DNA from: Acidimicrobiia bacterium
GTDB lineage: Bacteria > Actinomycetota > Acidimicrobiia > Spongiisociales > SHLN01
Assembly: GCA_041619515.1 (NCBI GenBank)
Contig: JBFKDW010000001.1
Location: forward strand, 15,129 to 79,128
DNA: 64,000 nucleotides
Direction of reading: 5' to 3'
The stretch's first letter is position 1; the number at the start of each line of letters is the position of its first letter. Under the pieces are notes generated by a model that saw only the letters and a program-made list of their open reading frames with translations, was not told the origin of the DNA and searched no databases. Shown here piece after piece: positions 49,667 through 59,859 of this stretch. The position numbers and the translations under genes are program-made.

Positions 49667-51108
49667 GCGGGTACCTCCGCCATGTCACGTCCGGTGGTGC
49701 CCCGGATGCTGAAACGGCCGCCATCTCCGAGCCGCGTGCCGGCGAGGAGGGCGACGGCATTGCGGGTGAAGAAGTAGGCAACGAACACATCGATGATCGT
49801 GGCGAGCCCGAGAGCGAGCGCGAAGCCCTTGACCGGGCCGATGGCCAGGAACCACAGGAGAATGGCCCCGGTGAACGACACAGTGTCGGCCGTGAGGATG
49901 GTCCGGAATGCCCGGCTGAAGCCCTCTTCGACTGCGTCGTCTACGGTGCGCCCCTGCCGGATCTCCTCCTTGATACGCTCGAAGTACACGATGTACGAGT
50001 CGGAGGTGATTCCGACCGAGACGATGATTCCGGCGACACCGGCCAGCGTCAGCGTGAGGCCCTGGCTGGCTCCCAGCAGCGAGTAGCTCCCGACCACGAG
50101 CGATCCGAAGATCGACAGGCCGAGCACGGTGACCGCGCCGAGCACCCGGTAATAGAAGACCATTGCGGTGGCCACCAGCGCCAGCCCACCAAAGCCGGCC
50201 ACGAGCCCGGCATTGAGCGAGTCGCCTCCCAGCGACGCCGACACGAACTGCACCTGCTCTCGTTCCAGCACAATGGGCAGGGCACCGAACTTGAGCACGA
50301 TCTCCAGGTCGCGGGCCTCCTGCTCGGGGTTCTCGGCTCCTCCCAGCGTGATCTGGGCGCCTCCCGAGATGCCCACATTGGGATCGACATCCGCCGCCAC
50401 CGCCGGAGCAGAGATGACCGAGCCGTCCAGCACGATGGCAAACTGTCTGCGCGGATCGCCCACCGGGTAGGACGCCGCCTCCCGGGTGGCGGCGGCGAAC
50501 TTGTCGTCTCCCTCCCTGGTGAAGTCGAGTGAGACGGCCCACTCGAAGCCGGTGAAGACGGCGGAGGCGTCGGTGAGATCCCCGCCGAGAGCGAAGGCTG
50601 CGTCGACCTCCAGCGGGCCGGCGTTCGGGTCGACGTTTCCGAGTATGGCGGGCTGGGAGGGATCGTCATCGGATGGGTCGATCGGCTCGCCCACCTCACC
50701 AAAGGCTCCGTTGTTGATGACGGGCCGAAACGAGAGTTGTCCGGTCGAGCCGATCGCTTCGAGCGCCCGCTCCCGATCGGTGACCCCGGGCAGCTGGACG
50801 ACGATGTTGTTGTTGCCTGCCACCTGGATCACGGGTTCCTGAACGTTGCCGAGCGCCTCGATCCGTTTGCGCATCACGTTGACCGCCTGGTCCAGCTGCT
50901 CGCCGCTGGTTCCCGACGGCGCCCGCAGTATGACGGAGGTTCCACCGGCCAGGTCGAGGCCCAATTTGGGCGTCGTGTCGGTTGCGTAGACGGCCGCCAA
51001 CCCACCCCATCCGAGCCCCACCATCACGAGGATCGAAACGATACGGCGAAGCCGCACGTTCTTGACCGGTTCAACGTCTTGAGGTCTGCGTTCCTGCCAG
51101 GCGGTCAT
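49663..51108 (-). CDS. secD: Protein translocase subunit SecD
   Basis: SecD periplasmic domain and a 6-TM core. Its stop overlaps the yajC start. Confidence 0.85.
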   Translation of the reverse strand: MTAWQERRPQDVEPVKNVRLRRIVSILVMVGLGWGGLAAVYATDTTPKLGLDLAGGTSVILRAPSGTSGEQLDQAVNVMRKRIEALGNVQEPVIQVAGNNNIVVQLPGVTDRERALEAIGSTGQLSFRPVINNGAFGEVGEPIDPSDDDPSQPAILGNVDPNAGPLEVDAAFALGGDLTDASAVFTGFEWAVSLDFTREGDDKFAAATREAASYPVGDPRRQFAIVLDGSVISAPAVAADVDPNVGISGGAQITLGGAENPEQEARDLEIVLKFGALPIVLEREQVQFVSASLGGDSLNAGLVAGFGGLALVATAMVFYYRVLGAVTVLGLSIFGSLVVGSYSLLGASQGLTLTLAGVAGIIVSVGITSDSYIVYFERIKEEIRQGRTVDDAVEEGFSRAFRTILTADTVSFTGAILLWFLAIGPVKGFALALGLATIIDVFVAYFFTRNAVALLAGTRLGDGGRFSIRGTTGRDMAEVPA

Positions 51109-51389
51109 TCGCCGTCGATCCTGGCGGCGATCGCGGCCCTCACCAGCCGGAGGCGGGTGCCGTCGCTGACCAGCACCACCTGCTCTTCGTCGAGCGACTC
51201 GACGGTTCCGAGAACGCCACCGTACGATCGGACCTCGTCGCCCACTTGCAGGGTGGCGAGGAACGCTGTGCGATCACGGAGGCGCTTGCGTTGTCTGAGG
51301 CTCATGAACAGGAACAGTCCCCCAAAGATGACAATGATCACGATCAGATTCAATGCCCCGGCATCTCCGGATGTTTGCGCAATCAACAT
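51105..51389 (-). CDS. yajC: Preprotein translocase subunit YajC
   Basis: 94 aa with a single TM. ...LQVGDEVRSYGGVLGTVESLDEEQVVL. Confidence 0.8.
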   Translation of the reverse strand: MLIAQTSGDAGALNLIVIIVIFGGLFLFMSLRQRKRLRDRTAFLATLQVGDEVRSYGGVLGTVESLDEEQVVLVSDGTRLRLVRAAIAARIDGE

Positions 51390-51428
51390 GAGGCACGGAT
51401 CGTACTAAGGACTGAGCCGCACCCGGCA

Positions 51429-52526
51429 CTATCCACGGCGCTGAGCCGTGCGCTCCGCCACGAATGAGGCGAAATCGCCCTCCTCGATTGCGGTCCTGAC
51501 CCCCGCCATGAGCCGCATCGTGTAGTGGAGATTGTGAATGCTCAGCAGCCGCTGGGCAGACAGCTCGCCGGTCCCCCGTAGATGGCGCAAGTAGGCGCGG
51601 CTGTAGCGGCTGCAGGTCCGACATTCGCAGCCCTCCTCCAATGGGCGCGGGTCCTGGGCATATTCAGCCCGTTTGATCGAGTAGTCGCCCGATGCAGTGA
51701 ACACCTTTCCGTGCCTCGCCAGCCTGGTCGGCCACACACAGTCGAACAGGTCGCAGCCCCGCCCGACGGCGGCCAGCACCCCCTCCGTGTCGCCCAGCCC
51801 CATCACGTAGCGAACCTTCGTCTCCGGTAGCTCCGCAACTGCGGCATCGATGGCGTCGTTTCGCTCGGCCATCGACTCACCGACCGACAGCCCCCCGATC
51901 CCGAAACCGGGGAATCCGAGAGCGGCGGTGGCTGCCGCGCTCCGGCCTCGCAACTCCGGGTCGACTCCACCCTGGACGATGCCAAACAGCGCCTGATCGA
52001 TCCGGCTGTGCGCCGCGAGCGAACGCTCGCCCCATCGCAGCGTTCGCTCCATGGCCGCTTCCACATGCGACCGGGGGGCGGGCAGGCCGACGAGGACGTC
52101 GAGTTGCATCGCAACGTCGGGCCCGAGCCTCTCCTGCACAGAGACGGCATCCTCGGGGCTGAGGAACACCCGGTCACCGTCGTAGGTGGATTGGAACGCC
52201 ACCCCTTCCTCGGAGACGGCGGGCGCCAGCGAGAAGACCTGATAGCCGCCGGAATCGGTCAGCATCGGGTGGGGCCAGCCCGCGAACTCGTGCAGTCCGC
52301 CCTGACCGGCAACGAGGTCGGCGCCGGGCCGGAGCATGAGGTGATAGGTGTTTGCGAGCACGATCTGAGCGCCGAGGGCCTCGAGATCGCCGCTGTCGAG
52401 CGCTCGCACGCTGGCCCGGGTCCCTACCGGCATGAAGGCCGGGGTCTCGACCGTTCCGTGGGCGGTATGGAGGCGGCCGCGTCGCGCCGGGCCGGATTGG
52501 CCGATCTTCTCCCAGCGGACGCTCAC
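51429..52526 (-). CDS. tgt: Queuine tRNA-ribosyltransferase
   Basis: Contains LHTAHGTVETPAFMPVGT...DSGGYQ, and zinc motif CECRTCSRYSRAYLRHL. Confidence 0.85.
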   Translation of the reverse strand: MSVRWEKIGQSGPARRGRLHTAHGTVETPAFMPVGTRASVRALDSGDLEALGAQIVLANTYHLMLRPGADLVAGQGGLHEFAGWPHPMLTDSGGYQVFSLAPAVSEEGVAFQSTYDGDRVFLSPEDAVSVQERLGPDVAMQLDVLVGLPAPRSHVEAAMERTLRWGERSLAAHSRIDQALFGIVQGGVDPELRGRSAAATAALGFPGFGIGGLSVGESMAERNDAIDAAVAELPETKVRYVMGLGDTEGVLAAVGRGCDLFDCVWPTRLARHGKVFTASGDYSIKRAEYAQDPRPLEEGCECRTCSRYSRAYLRHLRGTGELSAQRLLSIHNLHYTMRLMAGVRTAIEEGDFASFVAERTAQRRG

Positions 52527-53536
52527 CGCACGTCCGGGATGAACATGGCGTCACCAAACGACAAGAACCGGTATCCGCGCTCGAGCGCATGGCGGTAGAT
52601 GCGGTGCCACTCGGGCAGGAAGGCGGCGATCATCACGATGAGGCTGGAGCGGGGCATGTGGAAGTTGGTCAGCACGGCGTCGACGACCCGCAGCTCGTAC
52701 CCGGGACGGATGAACAGGTCGGTCCGGCCGGCGCCGGGGGCAACCGTTCCGGTGGAGGCCGCCGCCTCGAGCGCCCGGACCACAGTCGTGCCGCACGCCA
52801 CCACCCGGCCACCCCGGGCTCGGGCAGCCTGGATTTCCTCTGCGGTCTCGGCCGGGATCTCGTAGCGCTCACGATGCATGGCATGGTCGGCGACAACGGG
52901 CTCTGTGATCGGCCGGAAGGTGTCGAGGCCGATCTCCAGCAGGACGTCGGCCCGTTCGATCCCCCGGCCGGCCAGAGTGTCGAGCAGCTCAGGCGTGAAA
53001 TGCAGTCCGGCGGTAGGAGCCGCCGCCGAACCGATTTCGGTGGCATATATCGTCTGGTATCGCCCCGGATCGGCCGGGCCGATGGTGACGTACGGCGGGT
53101 AGGGCACCGAGCCGACGCGGGCAATGGCCTCTTCGATGCCTTCGCCCGGGTCCGCGGTCCGGAGGCGAACCCGGACGTGCCCTTCCGCTTCCACCGCCAC
53201 GACGGTGGCTGCAAGCTCCCCGAAGGCCAATTCCATGCCGGGACGCAGCTTGCGAGCCGGCCGGGCGAGAGCCTCCCACTCGTCGCCGTCGCCGGCGAGG
53301 AGCAGCACCTCCACCGACCCGCCGCTGGGTCTGGTCCCGAGCAGGCGGGCCGCCCGCACCCGGGTCGTGTTCAGCACCAGCAGGTCGCCTTCCCTCAGGT
53401 AGTCGGGAAGCTTGGCGAACGTCGTATCCACCGGCGGTTCGCCCACCACCAACAAGCGTGAGGCGTCACGCGGCTCGGCCGGCAACTGGGCGATGGCGTC
53501 CGGAGGCAGCTCGTAGTCGAAATCCTCGATGCGCAT
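52523..53536 (-). CDS. queA: S-adenosylmethionine:tRNA ribosyltransferase-isomerase
   Basis: MRIEDFDYELPPDAIAQ...RLLV...VAPGAGRTDLFI. Confidence 0.85.
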   Translation of the reverse strand: MRIEDFDYELPPDAIAQLPAEPRDASRLLVVGEPPVDTTFAKLPDYLREGDLLVLNTTRVRAARLLGTRPSGGSVEVLLLAGDGDEWEALARPARKLRPGMELAFGELAATVVAVEAEGHVRVRLRTADPGEGIEEAIARVGSVPYPPYVTIGPADPGRYQTIYATEIGSAAAPTAGLHFTPELLDTLAGRGIERADVLLEIGLDTFRPITEPVVADHAMHRERYEIPAETAEEIQAARARGGRVVACGTTVVRALEAAASTGTVAPGAGRTDLFIRPGYELRVVDAVLTNFHMPRSSLIVMIAAFLPEWHRIYRHALERGYRFLSFGDAMFIPDVR

Positions 53537-53605
53537 CCGGCAAGGGTAGGGGGCGGGAAGGACGCCAACCGGCCCGGCGCGGGGGCAGCGGCGGCCGGCC
53601 CGCGG

Positions 53606-54628
53606 TCACAGCAGGGTGGGCTGGCCCGGCTCCGGTGGAACGACGCCCAGATGTCGGTAGGCGGTCTCGGTCGCGACCCGTCCCCGCGGCGTTCGCTTGA
53701 GAAACCCGCGTTGAAGAAGGAAAGGCTCGTAGGCGTCCTCAACCGACTCGGGCTCTTCCCCGACGGCGATTGCCAGCGTGGTGAGGCCGACCGGGCCCCC
53801 GCCGAATTTCTCGATGACCGCGGAGAGAATCGCCCGGTCAACGCGGTCGAGCCCGGCGTCGTCTACTTCGAACGTCTTGAGGCCCAGATCGGCAGTCGGC
53901 TCGTCGACACGCCCGTCGCCTCGCACCACCGCGTAGTCGCGGACCCGCCGCAGGAGACGATTGGCGATCCGAGGCGTCCCCCGGCTGCGGGCGGCGATCA
54001 GCGCCGCGCCCGCATCGGTGATCTCCACCTCCAGGATGGCGGCGGTGCGGTGGACGATGCGCTCCAGATCGGCCGGTGGGTAGTAGTCGATCCGGTCGAT
54101 TACGCCGAAGCGGTCGCGCAAGGGTGAGGAGACTCTGCCCAGCCTGGTCGTGGCTCCCACGAGCGTGAACCGCGGCAGCTCGAGGCGGATACTGCGGGCG
54201 GCCGGGCCCTTGCCGACGACGATGTCGAGGGCGAAGTCTTCGATGGCCGGGTAGAGGACCTCCTCCACCATCCTCGGCAAGCGATGGATCTCGTCGATGA
54301 ACAGGATGTCGCCGCGGTCGAGGTTGGTGATGACTGCGGCCAGGTCGCCGGGCCGCTCGAGGGCCGGCCCCGAGGTGATCCGGAACTGACCTCCCATCGT
54401 GTGGGCCAGGATTCCCGCCAGGGTTGTCTTTCCCAGGCCGGGGGGCCCGGAGAACAGGACGTGGTCGAGCGCCTCTCCTCGGCCCTGGGCGGCCTCGATC
54501 AAGATCGAGAGTCGGTTCTTGAGGGCGTCCTGGCCGATGAACTCGCTCAATTCGCGGGGCCGCAGGCCCACCTCGAAGGCTTCCTCTTCGGGGAGCGTCG
54601 GGCCGGCCAGCAAGCCTTCCTCTCTCAT
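53606..54628 (-). CDS. ruvB: Holliday junction branch-migration helicase RuvB
   Basis: Contains [20 protein letters not shown] and a RuvB C-terminal winged helix. Confidence 0.9.
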   Translation of the reverse strand: MREEGLLAGPTLPEEEAFEVGLRPRELSEFIGQDALKNRLSILIEAAQGRGEALDHVLFSGPPGLGKTTLAGILAHTMGGQFRITSGPALERPGDLAAVITNLDRGDILFIDEIHRLPRMVEEVLYPAIEDFALDIVVGKGPAARSIRLELPRFTLVGATTRLGRVSSPLRDRFGVIDRIDYYPPADLERIVHRTAAILEVEITDAGAALIAARSRGTPRIANRLLRRVRDYAVVRGDGRVDEPTADLGLKTFEVDDAGLDRVDRAILSAVIEKFGGGPVGLTTLAIAVGEEPESVEDAYEPFLLQRGFLKRTPRGRVATETAYRHLGVVPPEPGQPTLL

Positions 54629-54637
54629 GAGCCCACC

Positions 54638-55210
54638 TTAGGTTCTCCCCAGGGCTTGCAGCGCTTGCTGCAATACGTCCTCTGTGGGCCCGTCGGTGCC
54701 GACTTGCTGAAGCACTCGGCGGATCTCGACGGGTGCGAAGCCGAGCGACTCGAGGGCCGCCCGTACTTCGGCCATGCCGGTCGTCTCTCCCGGGAGCTCC
54801 CCGTCGCCGAGGTCGAGGCGGGGCCGGAGCTCGAGGATCAGCTTCTGGGCAGTCCGTTTTCCGACACCGGGGACGGCCTCGAGCGCAGAGACGTCGTCGG
54901 CGCCGACGGCGCGGCGCAGCTCGGCGGGTGGGAGGGTGGCGATGATCGCCATGGCCAGCTTGGGGCCCACCCCGCTCGCCCCGAGCAGCACCCGGAACAC
55001 GTCGCGCTCGGCCTCCGAGGCGAACCCGTAGAGGGCCTGCTGATCCTCTCGAACGTGCAGATGGGTGTGGACCACCGCTTCTTCTCCCAGCGGAGGCAAC
55101 TCAGAGAGACCGCGGGGCGTGATGGCGATCTCATACCCGATGCCGGCCGCCTCGAGCACGACCACGTCGGGGGCCCGGTGCACCACCACACCGCGGACCC
55201 GGCCGATCAC
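54638..55210 (-). CDS. ruvA: Holliday junction DNA helicase subunit RuvA
   Basis: VIGRVRGVV..., HhH motifs (LLGASGVGPKLA, AVPGVGKRTAQKL). The GTG start at 55210 overlaps the ruvC stop (GTGA). Confidence 0.85.
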   Translation of the reverse strand: MIGRVRGVVVHRAPDVVVLEAAGIGYEIAITPRGLSELPPLGEEAVVHTHLHVREDQQALYGFASEAERDVFRVLLGASGVGPKLAMAIIATLPPAELRRAVGADDVSALEAVPGVGKRTAQKLILELRPRLDLGDGELPGETTGMAEVRAALESLGFAPVEIRRVLQQVGTDGPTEDVLQQALQALGRT

Positions 55211-55716
55211 CGGGCTCTCCCGGTCTGCTCGAGTTGTGCCGGGCGGCCTCCACCGTGCTGGAGGTGACATAGGGCGATGGCGAGCGCGTCCGCGGCGTCG
55301 GCGGGCTCGGGCCGGGCCGCCAGTTTGAGCCGGGACGCAACGATGTACCGAATCTGGTCCTTGGTGGCCCGTCCGTAGCCGGCGACGGCCGCCTTGACCG
55401 CCGAGGGCGTGTACTCATACACGGGTATCGCTGCCTGGGCAGCGACCAGCAGGGCGACGCCGGATGCCCGTCCGACTGAGATGGCGGTCATGAGGTTGCG
55501 ATTCGTGAAGACTTGCTCGATGGCCATCACCTCCGGCCCGTACTCGCCCACCACGGAGCCGAGATCGCGATGGAGCTCGGCCAATCGCTCGGCGATCGCC
55601 TGGTCGGCTCCGGTCCTGATGACGCCGGCGGTGACGGCCCGCTCGGACGCGCCGGACTTTTCGACGATCGCGTACCCGCATGCCGCCAGGCCCGGATCGA
55701 TCCCAAGAACGAACAT
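55207..55716 (-). CDS. ruvC: Crossover junction endodeoxyribonuclease RuvC
   Basis: MFVLGIDPGLAACGYAIVE and catalytic acidic residues. 169 aa. Confidence 0.85.
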   Translation of the reverse strand: MFVLGIDPGLAACGYAIVEKSGASERAVTAGVIRTGADQAIAERLAELHRDLGSVVGEYGPEVMAIEQVFTNRNLMTAISVGRASGVALLVAAQAAIPVYEYTPSAVKAAVAGYGRATKDQIRYIVASRLKLAARPEPADAADALAIALCHLQHGGGRPAQLEQTGRAR

Positions 55717-55828
55717 ATGTTTGGGAGCTTAGGCGAGCAGTGCGACACCGCCAAGGAACCGCCCCACGCGATAGCCGCGGCCGGGATGTCGGGCCTCGCT
55801 GAATTAGCTCTCAACATGACCACTCTGG

Positions 55829-56500
55829 GTGACGAAGCATATCGCCATGTGCACGAAAGAATGCGGCATGACCCAGCCTCCGGATGAGCAGGAGCTGGTG
55901 GAGGCCTTCGAGATCGTGGCTCGGGATGCGTTCGCCTTCCTGGGCCCGGAGCACCAGATGCGGCCGTCGGGACTGGCTACCTTCGTGCTGGACGATGCAA
56001 GCCGGCATCGCCCGGTAGCAGCTTCCGACCTCGCCTATCCATTCCTCGCCGTGCTCGAGTTCACGGGCAGTGGCCCCCCCGTCAGGATCAGCTACGGAAA
56101 TCGGGAGTACCGGCTGGAGGTTGAGATCGCCGCCAACGGGACCGGTTATCACCCGTTGGCAAGCTGGCTGAGCACGCTCGGCATCGACAACCGGGCGCCC
56201 GACCACTCGGGAGTGGCCACGCCGACCGCACTCGCCCGGCATGCCCGGCGGCTCGCTCAGGGACTGCGGGAACACCTCCCCGAGATGCGCGAAGCCGGGC
56301 CCGACGATGTTTCCCGTCTCGGCTCGCACACCGGCCTGACGGCGGCCGCACTCAACCGGAACAGAGACCGGGCGCAGGCCGCTTTCGCCGCCGGTGAGTA
56401 CCAGGCGTACATCGAGCTGCTCGCCCCCTTCGAGAATGCCCTCACCGTCACAGAGAAGCGAAAGATGGAGTTCGCACGCGCCAAACGAGCGGCGGCGTAG
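55829..56500 (+). CDS. Hypothetical protein with no recognisable motif; the only plus-strand gene in a 50-kb minus-strand block
   Basis: 223-aa ORF with protein-like composition (F, Y, E, K present, not Arg/Pro-biased). It fills the 808-bp interval between ruvC and yebC. Alternative starts are the ATGs at about 55847 and 55868. Confidence 0.45.
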   Translation: MTKHIAMCTKECGMTQPPDEQELVEAFEIVARDAFAFLGPEHQMRPSGLATFVLDDASRHRPVAASDLAYPFLAVLEFTGSGPPVRISYGNREYRLEVEIAANGTGYHPLASWLSTLGIDNRAPDHSGVATPTALARHARRLAQGLREHLPEMREAGPDDVSRLGSHTGLTAAALNRNRDRAQAAFAAGEYQAYIELLAPFENALTVTEKRKMEFARAKRAAA

Positions 56501-56524
56501 CGCAGGACCGGCCGGGCCCCCGGA

Positions 56525-57262
56525 TCACACGACCTCGGCCATCACCTCGTCGGAGATGTCGAAGTTGCCGTACACCGTCTGGACGTCGTCGAGGTCGTCG
56601 AGGGCGTCCACCAGCCGCAGCACTCTCGGAGCGGTGGCAGCGTCGACGGGAACCGTCACCGAGGGCAACTGGGTGACGTCGGCACTCTCCACCTCGATCC
56701 CGGCCTCCTCGATGGCGTTGCGCACCGCCGGCAGGTCGGCGGGAGCGGTGATGATCTCCCAGTGGTCACCCGACTGGGCCACATCCTCGGCGCCGCCTTC
56801 GAGCGCGGCCAGCATGACGTCGTCCTCGGGTCCGCTCACGAGCAGATATCCCTTCTGATTGAAGAGATAGGCAACCGACCCCGGCTCACCGAGACTCCCC
56901 CCGTTGCGTGAAAACATGGAGCGCACCTCCGAGGCCGCCCGGTTGCGATTGTCGGTCAGACACTGCACGTAGAGCGCAACGCCACCCGGCGCATACCCCT
57001 CGTACCAGATCTCCTCGTAGGTGACACCTTCCATCTCGCCGGTGCCGCGTTTGATCGCTCGATCGATGTTGTCGGCTGGAACACTGGCGTCCTTGGCCTT
57101 CTGGATAGCGGTGCCGAGTGAGGCGTTCCCGCTCGGATCACCCCCTCCTTCCCGGGCGGCGATCTCGATTGCCTTGACCAGCTTCCCGAACAGCTTGCCG
57201 CGCTTGATGTCCTTGGCAGCCTTCTTGTGCTTTATCGAATGCCACTTCGAATGGCCCGACAT
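56525..57262 (-). CDS. yebC: YebC/PmpR-family DNA-binding transcriptional regulator
   Basis: [28 protein letters not shown]... Start at the ATG at 57262, overlapping the pdxT stop. ORF 56525..57595 is over-extended. Confidence 0.85.
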   Translation of the reverse strand: MSGHSKWHSIKHKKAAKDIKRGKLFGKLVKAIEIAAREGGGDPSGNASLGTAIQKAKDASVPADNIDRAIKRGTGEMEGVTYEEIWYEGYAPGGVALYVQCLTDNRNRAASEVRSMFSRNGGSLGEPGSVAYLFNQKGYLLVSGPEDDVMLAALEGGAEDVAQSGDHWEIITAPADLPAVRNAIEEAGIEVESADVTQLPSVTVPVDAATAPRVLRLVDALDDLDDVQTVYGNFDISDEVMAEVV

Positions 57263-57825
57263 CAGCCCTCCTGCCTCAGTATGAGCTCGTGCACCCGGGT
57301 CTCCCCGGTCAGCTCCGGGTGAAACGCCGTGGCAACGACGTTGCCCTGCCGCACCATGACCGGGTCTCCACCGACCGAGGCCAAGACTTCGACGTCCGCT
57401 CCGACTTTGTCGACAACGGGGGCGCGGATGAACACTGCGTGCAGGGGCTCGTCCATGCCGACCACGTCGAGCTCGACCTCGAAGGAGTCGACCTGGCGCC
57501 CGAAGGCGTTGCGCTCTACCACCACGTCGAGAACCCCGAGTTGGATCTGGCTCGGCCCGGTCGACCCCCCGGCGAGGAAGATGAGCCCGGCGCACGTCCC
57601 GAGCGTGGGAAGGCCGCCTGCGATCACCTCTCGGAGCGGCGTCACCAATCCATAACGATCGGCCAGCTTGCCGATGGTGGTCGACTCACCGCCGGGAATG
57701 ACCAGAGCCTCGACGCCGGCGAGCTCACCGGGCTTGCGGACGAGGACGGGGTCGGCGCCCATTCCCCCAAGGAGGCGGGCGTGCTCCCGGAAGTCGCCCT
57801 GGAGCGCGAGGACACCGACTCGCAT
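57262..57825 (-). CDS. pdxT: Pyridoxal 5'-phosphate synthase glutaminase subunit PdxT
   Basis: [15 protein letters not shown]...GTCAGLIFL (catalytic Cys)...H.E. Confidence 0.85.
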   Translation of the reverse strand: MRVGVLALQGDFREHARLLGGMGADPVLVRKPGELAGVEALVIPGGESTTIGKLADRYGLVTPLREVIAGGLPTLGTCAGLIFLAGGSTGPSQIQLGVLDVVVERNAFGRQVDSFEVELDVVGMDEPLHAVFIRAPVVDKVGADVEVLASVGGDPVMVRQGNVVATAFHPELTGETRVHELILRQEG

Positions 57826-57828
57826 CGG

Positions 57829-58710
57829 CTACCAGCCCCGGCCGGCCAGACGCTCGTCCTCTTTCAGCTCGGTGACCCCGATGCCCACCATCGGCTCTCC
57901 CAGGTCGCGTGAGACCTTGGCGATGATGGTCGGGTCCTCGTAGAACGTCGTCGCCTCCACGATCGCCTTGGCACGGGTGGCGGGATCGCCGCTCTTGAAG
58001 ATCCCGGACCCGACGAAGACGCCGTCTACCCCCAGTTGCATCATGAGGGCGGCGTCCGCCGGAGTGGCGATGCCGCCGGCTGCGAAATTGACCACGGGGA
58101 GTGACCCGGTGCTGGCGACTTCTTCGACGAGGTCGAAGGGCGCTCCCAGGTCACGGGCAGCCGACATCAGCTCCTCGTGCTTCATGGTTGCGAGCCGCTG
58201 CATCTCGCCGTTGATCGTTCGGAAGTGGCGGACGGCCTCAACCACGTCGCCGGTGCCGGCTTCTCCCTTGGTCCTGATCATTGCGGCGCCCTCCCCGATC
58301 CGACGCAGTGCCTCCCCGAGATTGCGGGCTCCGCACACAAACGGGACGGCAAAAGCCCACTTGTCGATGTGATGCTCTTCATCGGCCGGGGTGAGGACTT
58401 CGCTCTCGTCGACGTAATCGACGCCGAGGGACTGCAAAACCTGGGCTTCCACGAAGTGGCCGATGCGAACCTTGGCCATCACGGGTATGGACACCGCGGA
58501 CTGGATCCGCTCGATCATGCCGGGATCGGACATGCGAGCCACTCCACCGTCGGCGCGAATGTCGGCGGGAACCCGTTCCAGGGCCATCACCGCCACCGCC
58601 CCGGCCTCTTCGGCGATCCTCGCCTGGTCGGCGTCGACGACGTCCATGATGACCCCGCCTTTGAGCATTTCCGCCAAACCGCGCTTGACCCGATCAGTTC
58701 CTTTTTCCAT
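57829..58710 (-). CDS. pdxS: Pyridoxal 5'-phosphate synthase lyase subunit PdxS
   Basis: [37 protein letters not shown]...[10 protein letters not shown]. Confidence 0.9.
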   Translation of the reverse strand: MEKGTDRVKRGLAEMLKGGVIMDVVDADQARIAEEAGAVAVMALERVPADIRADGGVARMSDPGMIERIQSAVSIPVMAKVRIGHFVEAQVLQSLGVDYVDESEVLTPADEEHHIDKWAFAVPFVCGARNLGEALRRIGEGAAMIRTKGEAGTGDVVEAVRHFRTINGEMQRLATMKHEELMSAARDLGAPFDLVEEVASTGSLPVVNFAAGGIATPADAALMMQLGVDGVFVGSGIFKSGDPATRAKAIVEATTFYEDPTIIAKVSRDLGEPMVGIGVTELKEDERLAGRGW

Positions 58711-58758
58711 ACACCGAGTGTAGTAGTAGCCCCGTCATCCACACGGGGAACCGAGCGG

Positions 58759-59859
58759 TCAATCCCAGGTAACGTTCCCGGACACCGGGGTCACGTGAAT
58801 CCAGGTGCGGCCCGGCTTGAGGGCGATGCTGTCGCCTTCGCCGGTGCGGAATGCGAAGAAGTCGTCTTCCGCCTGGCGGACCCAGTCGCCTTCGAACACG
58901 CGGCCGTCGCGGAACACCAGCGCCCGGCCGGTGCCGGTGACCTCGTAATCCGGGACCGGCGACCCGGCGGCGTCGACCCGTCCGGTCCTGATCGTGTCGA
59001 CGTAGACCACCACCACCGAATCGGCCGACACGCGGACGTCGTCGGCGTCGACAGACTCCGTGCCATCCTGGGATCGAAGGTAGCGGCCATCCTCGAACGT
59101 CCATGAGAGCGAGTTCCGGCCGGACATGCGCACGTCGATCTCGGCAGCCTCTTCCCCGCCTGCGAGCGGGCCGGCATCGAACTCGAGCATCGGTTCGACG
59201 GTGCCGTCCCATTCGAGATCGGGAAGGTTCTCCACGTCGTACATCAGCGAGTACACGAACTCACGGTCCGCTTCCCGGCGATAGCCGGGGATGCGCCCAT
59301 CCCCCTCGTCGACCGCCACCCGTCCGAGATCACGGCGCACCGCCCACTGGCCCCCGCTGCTCAGGACCCTGGCATCGAAGGGAGCGATCAGTCTCGGATC
59401 GACTTCCCGCAAGCTTCTCACCGGGCCGACGGTTTCGGGGTATGTGCTCTGAAACACGGCCAGCCAGCGTCCGATGCCGCCTTCCACCAGCACCTCCATG
59501 ACGATGTCGGCCTGGTTGATCCCGGCTTGAGGTCGGCCCTTGGGGGCGTTGGACAGCTTGGCGATCAGCACCTGCTGGTCCGAGATCGCCCCGGCGACAC
59601 CGGTGAGCGGCGCGGGAGGGCCGAGGTCGACGGTCGTGGTCGTGGCCGGGACCGCAGTCGTGGTGGTCGGCGCCGACGTGGTGGTCGTCGTCGAGGAATT
59701 CGGGACGCGCGCCAGCTCGGTGGTCAAAGTCACCGGGTCGGGAGCCGCCGCAGCACCGCTGCAGGCTGCAGCCACCAGGCTGACGAGGATGATTAGGACG
59801 CGAATTCTCACAGTAAGTTGAGCGAGGTTACTCGCTCCTATTCTCGACCGCTTCGGCAT
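58759..59859 (-). CDS. Secreted lipoprotein with Thr-rich linker and DUF3048-like domain
   Basis: Signal peptide plus lipobox (LVAAAC|SG), a poly-Thr linker (SSTTTTTSAPTTTTAVPATTTT) and a globular C-terminal domain. Its 5' end overlaps the pimA 3' end by 32 nt. An alternative GTG start lies at about 59811. Confidence 0.55.
   Translation of the reverse strand: MPKRSRIGASNLAQLTVRIRVLIILVSLVAAACSGAAAAPDPVTLTTELARVPNSSTTTTTSAPTTTTAVPATTTTVDLGPPAPLTGVAGAISDQQVLIAKLSNAPKGRPQAGINQADIVMEVLVEGGIGRWLAVFQSTYPETVGPVRSLREVDPRLIAPFDARVLSSGGQWAVRRDLGRVAVDEGDGRIPGYRREADREFVYSLMYDVENLPDLEWDGTVEPMLEFDAGPLAGGEEAAEIDVRMSGRNSLSWTFEDGRYLRSQDGTESVDADDVRVSADSVVVVYVDTIRTGRVDAAGSPVPDYEVTGTGRALVFRDGRVFEGDWVRQAEDDFFAFRTGEGDSIALKPGRTWIHVTPVSGNVTWD

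Noticed and set aside
55717-55828. LexA/SOS box upstream of ruvC (TCGAAC-N4-GTTCGA type)
   Set aside because: No match was found by eye in the ruvC upstream region.
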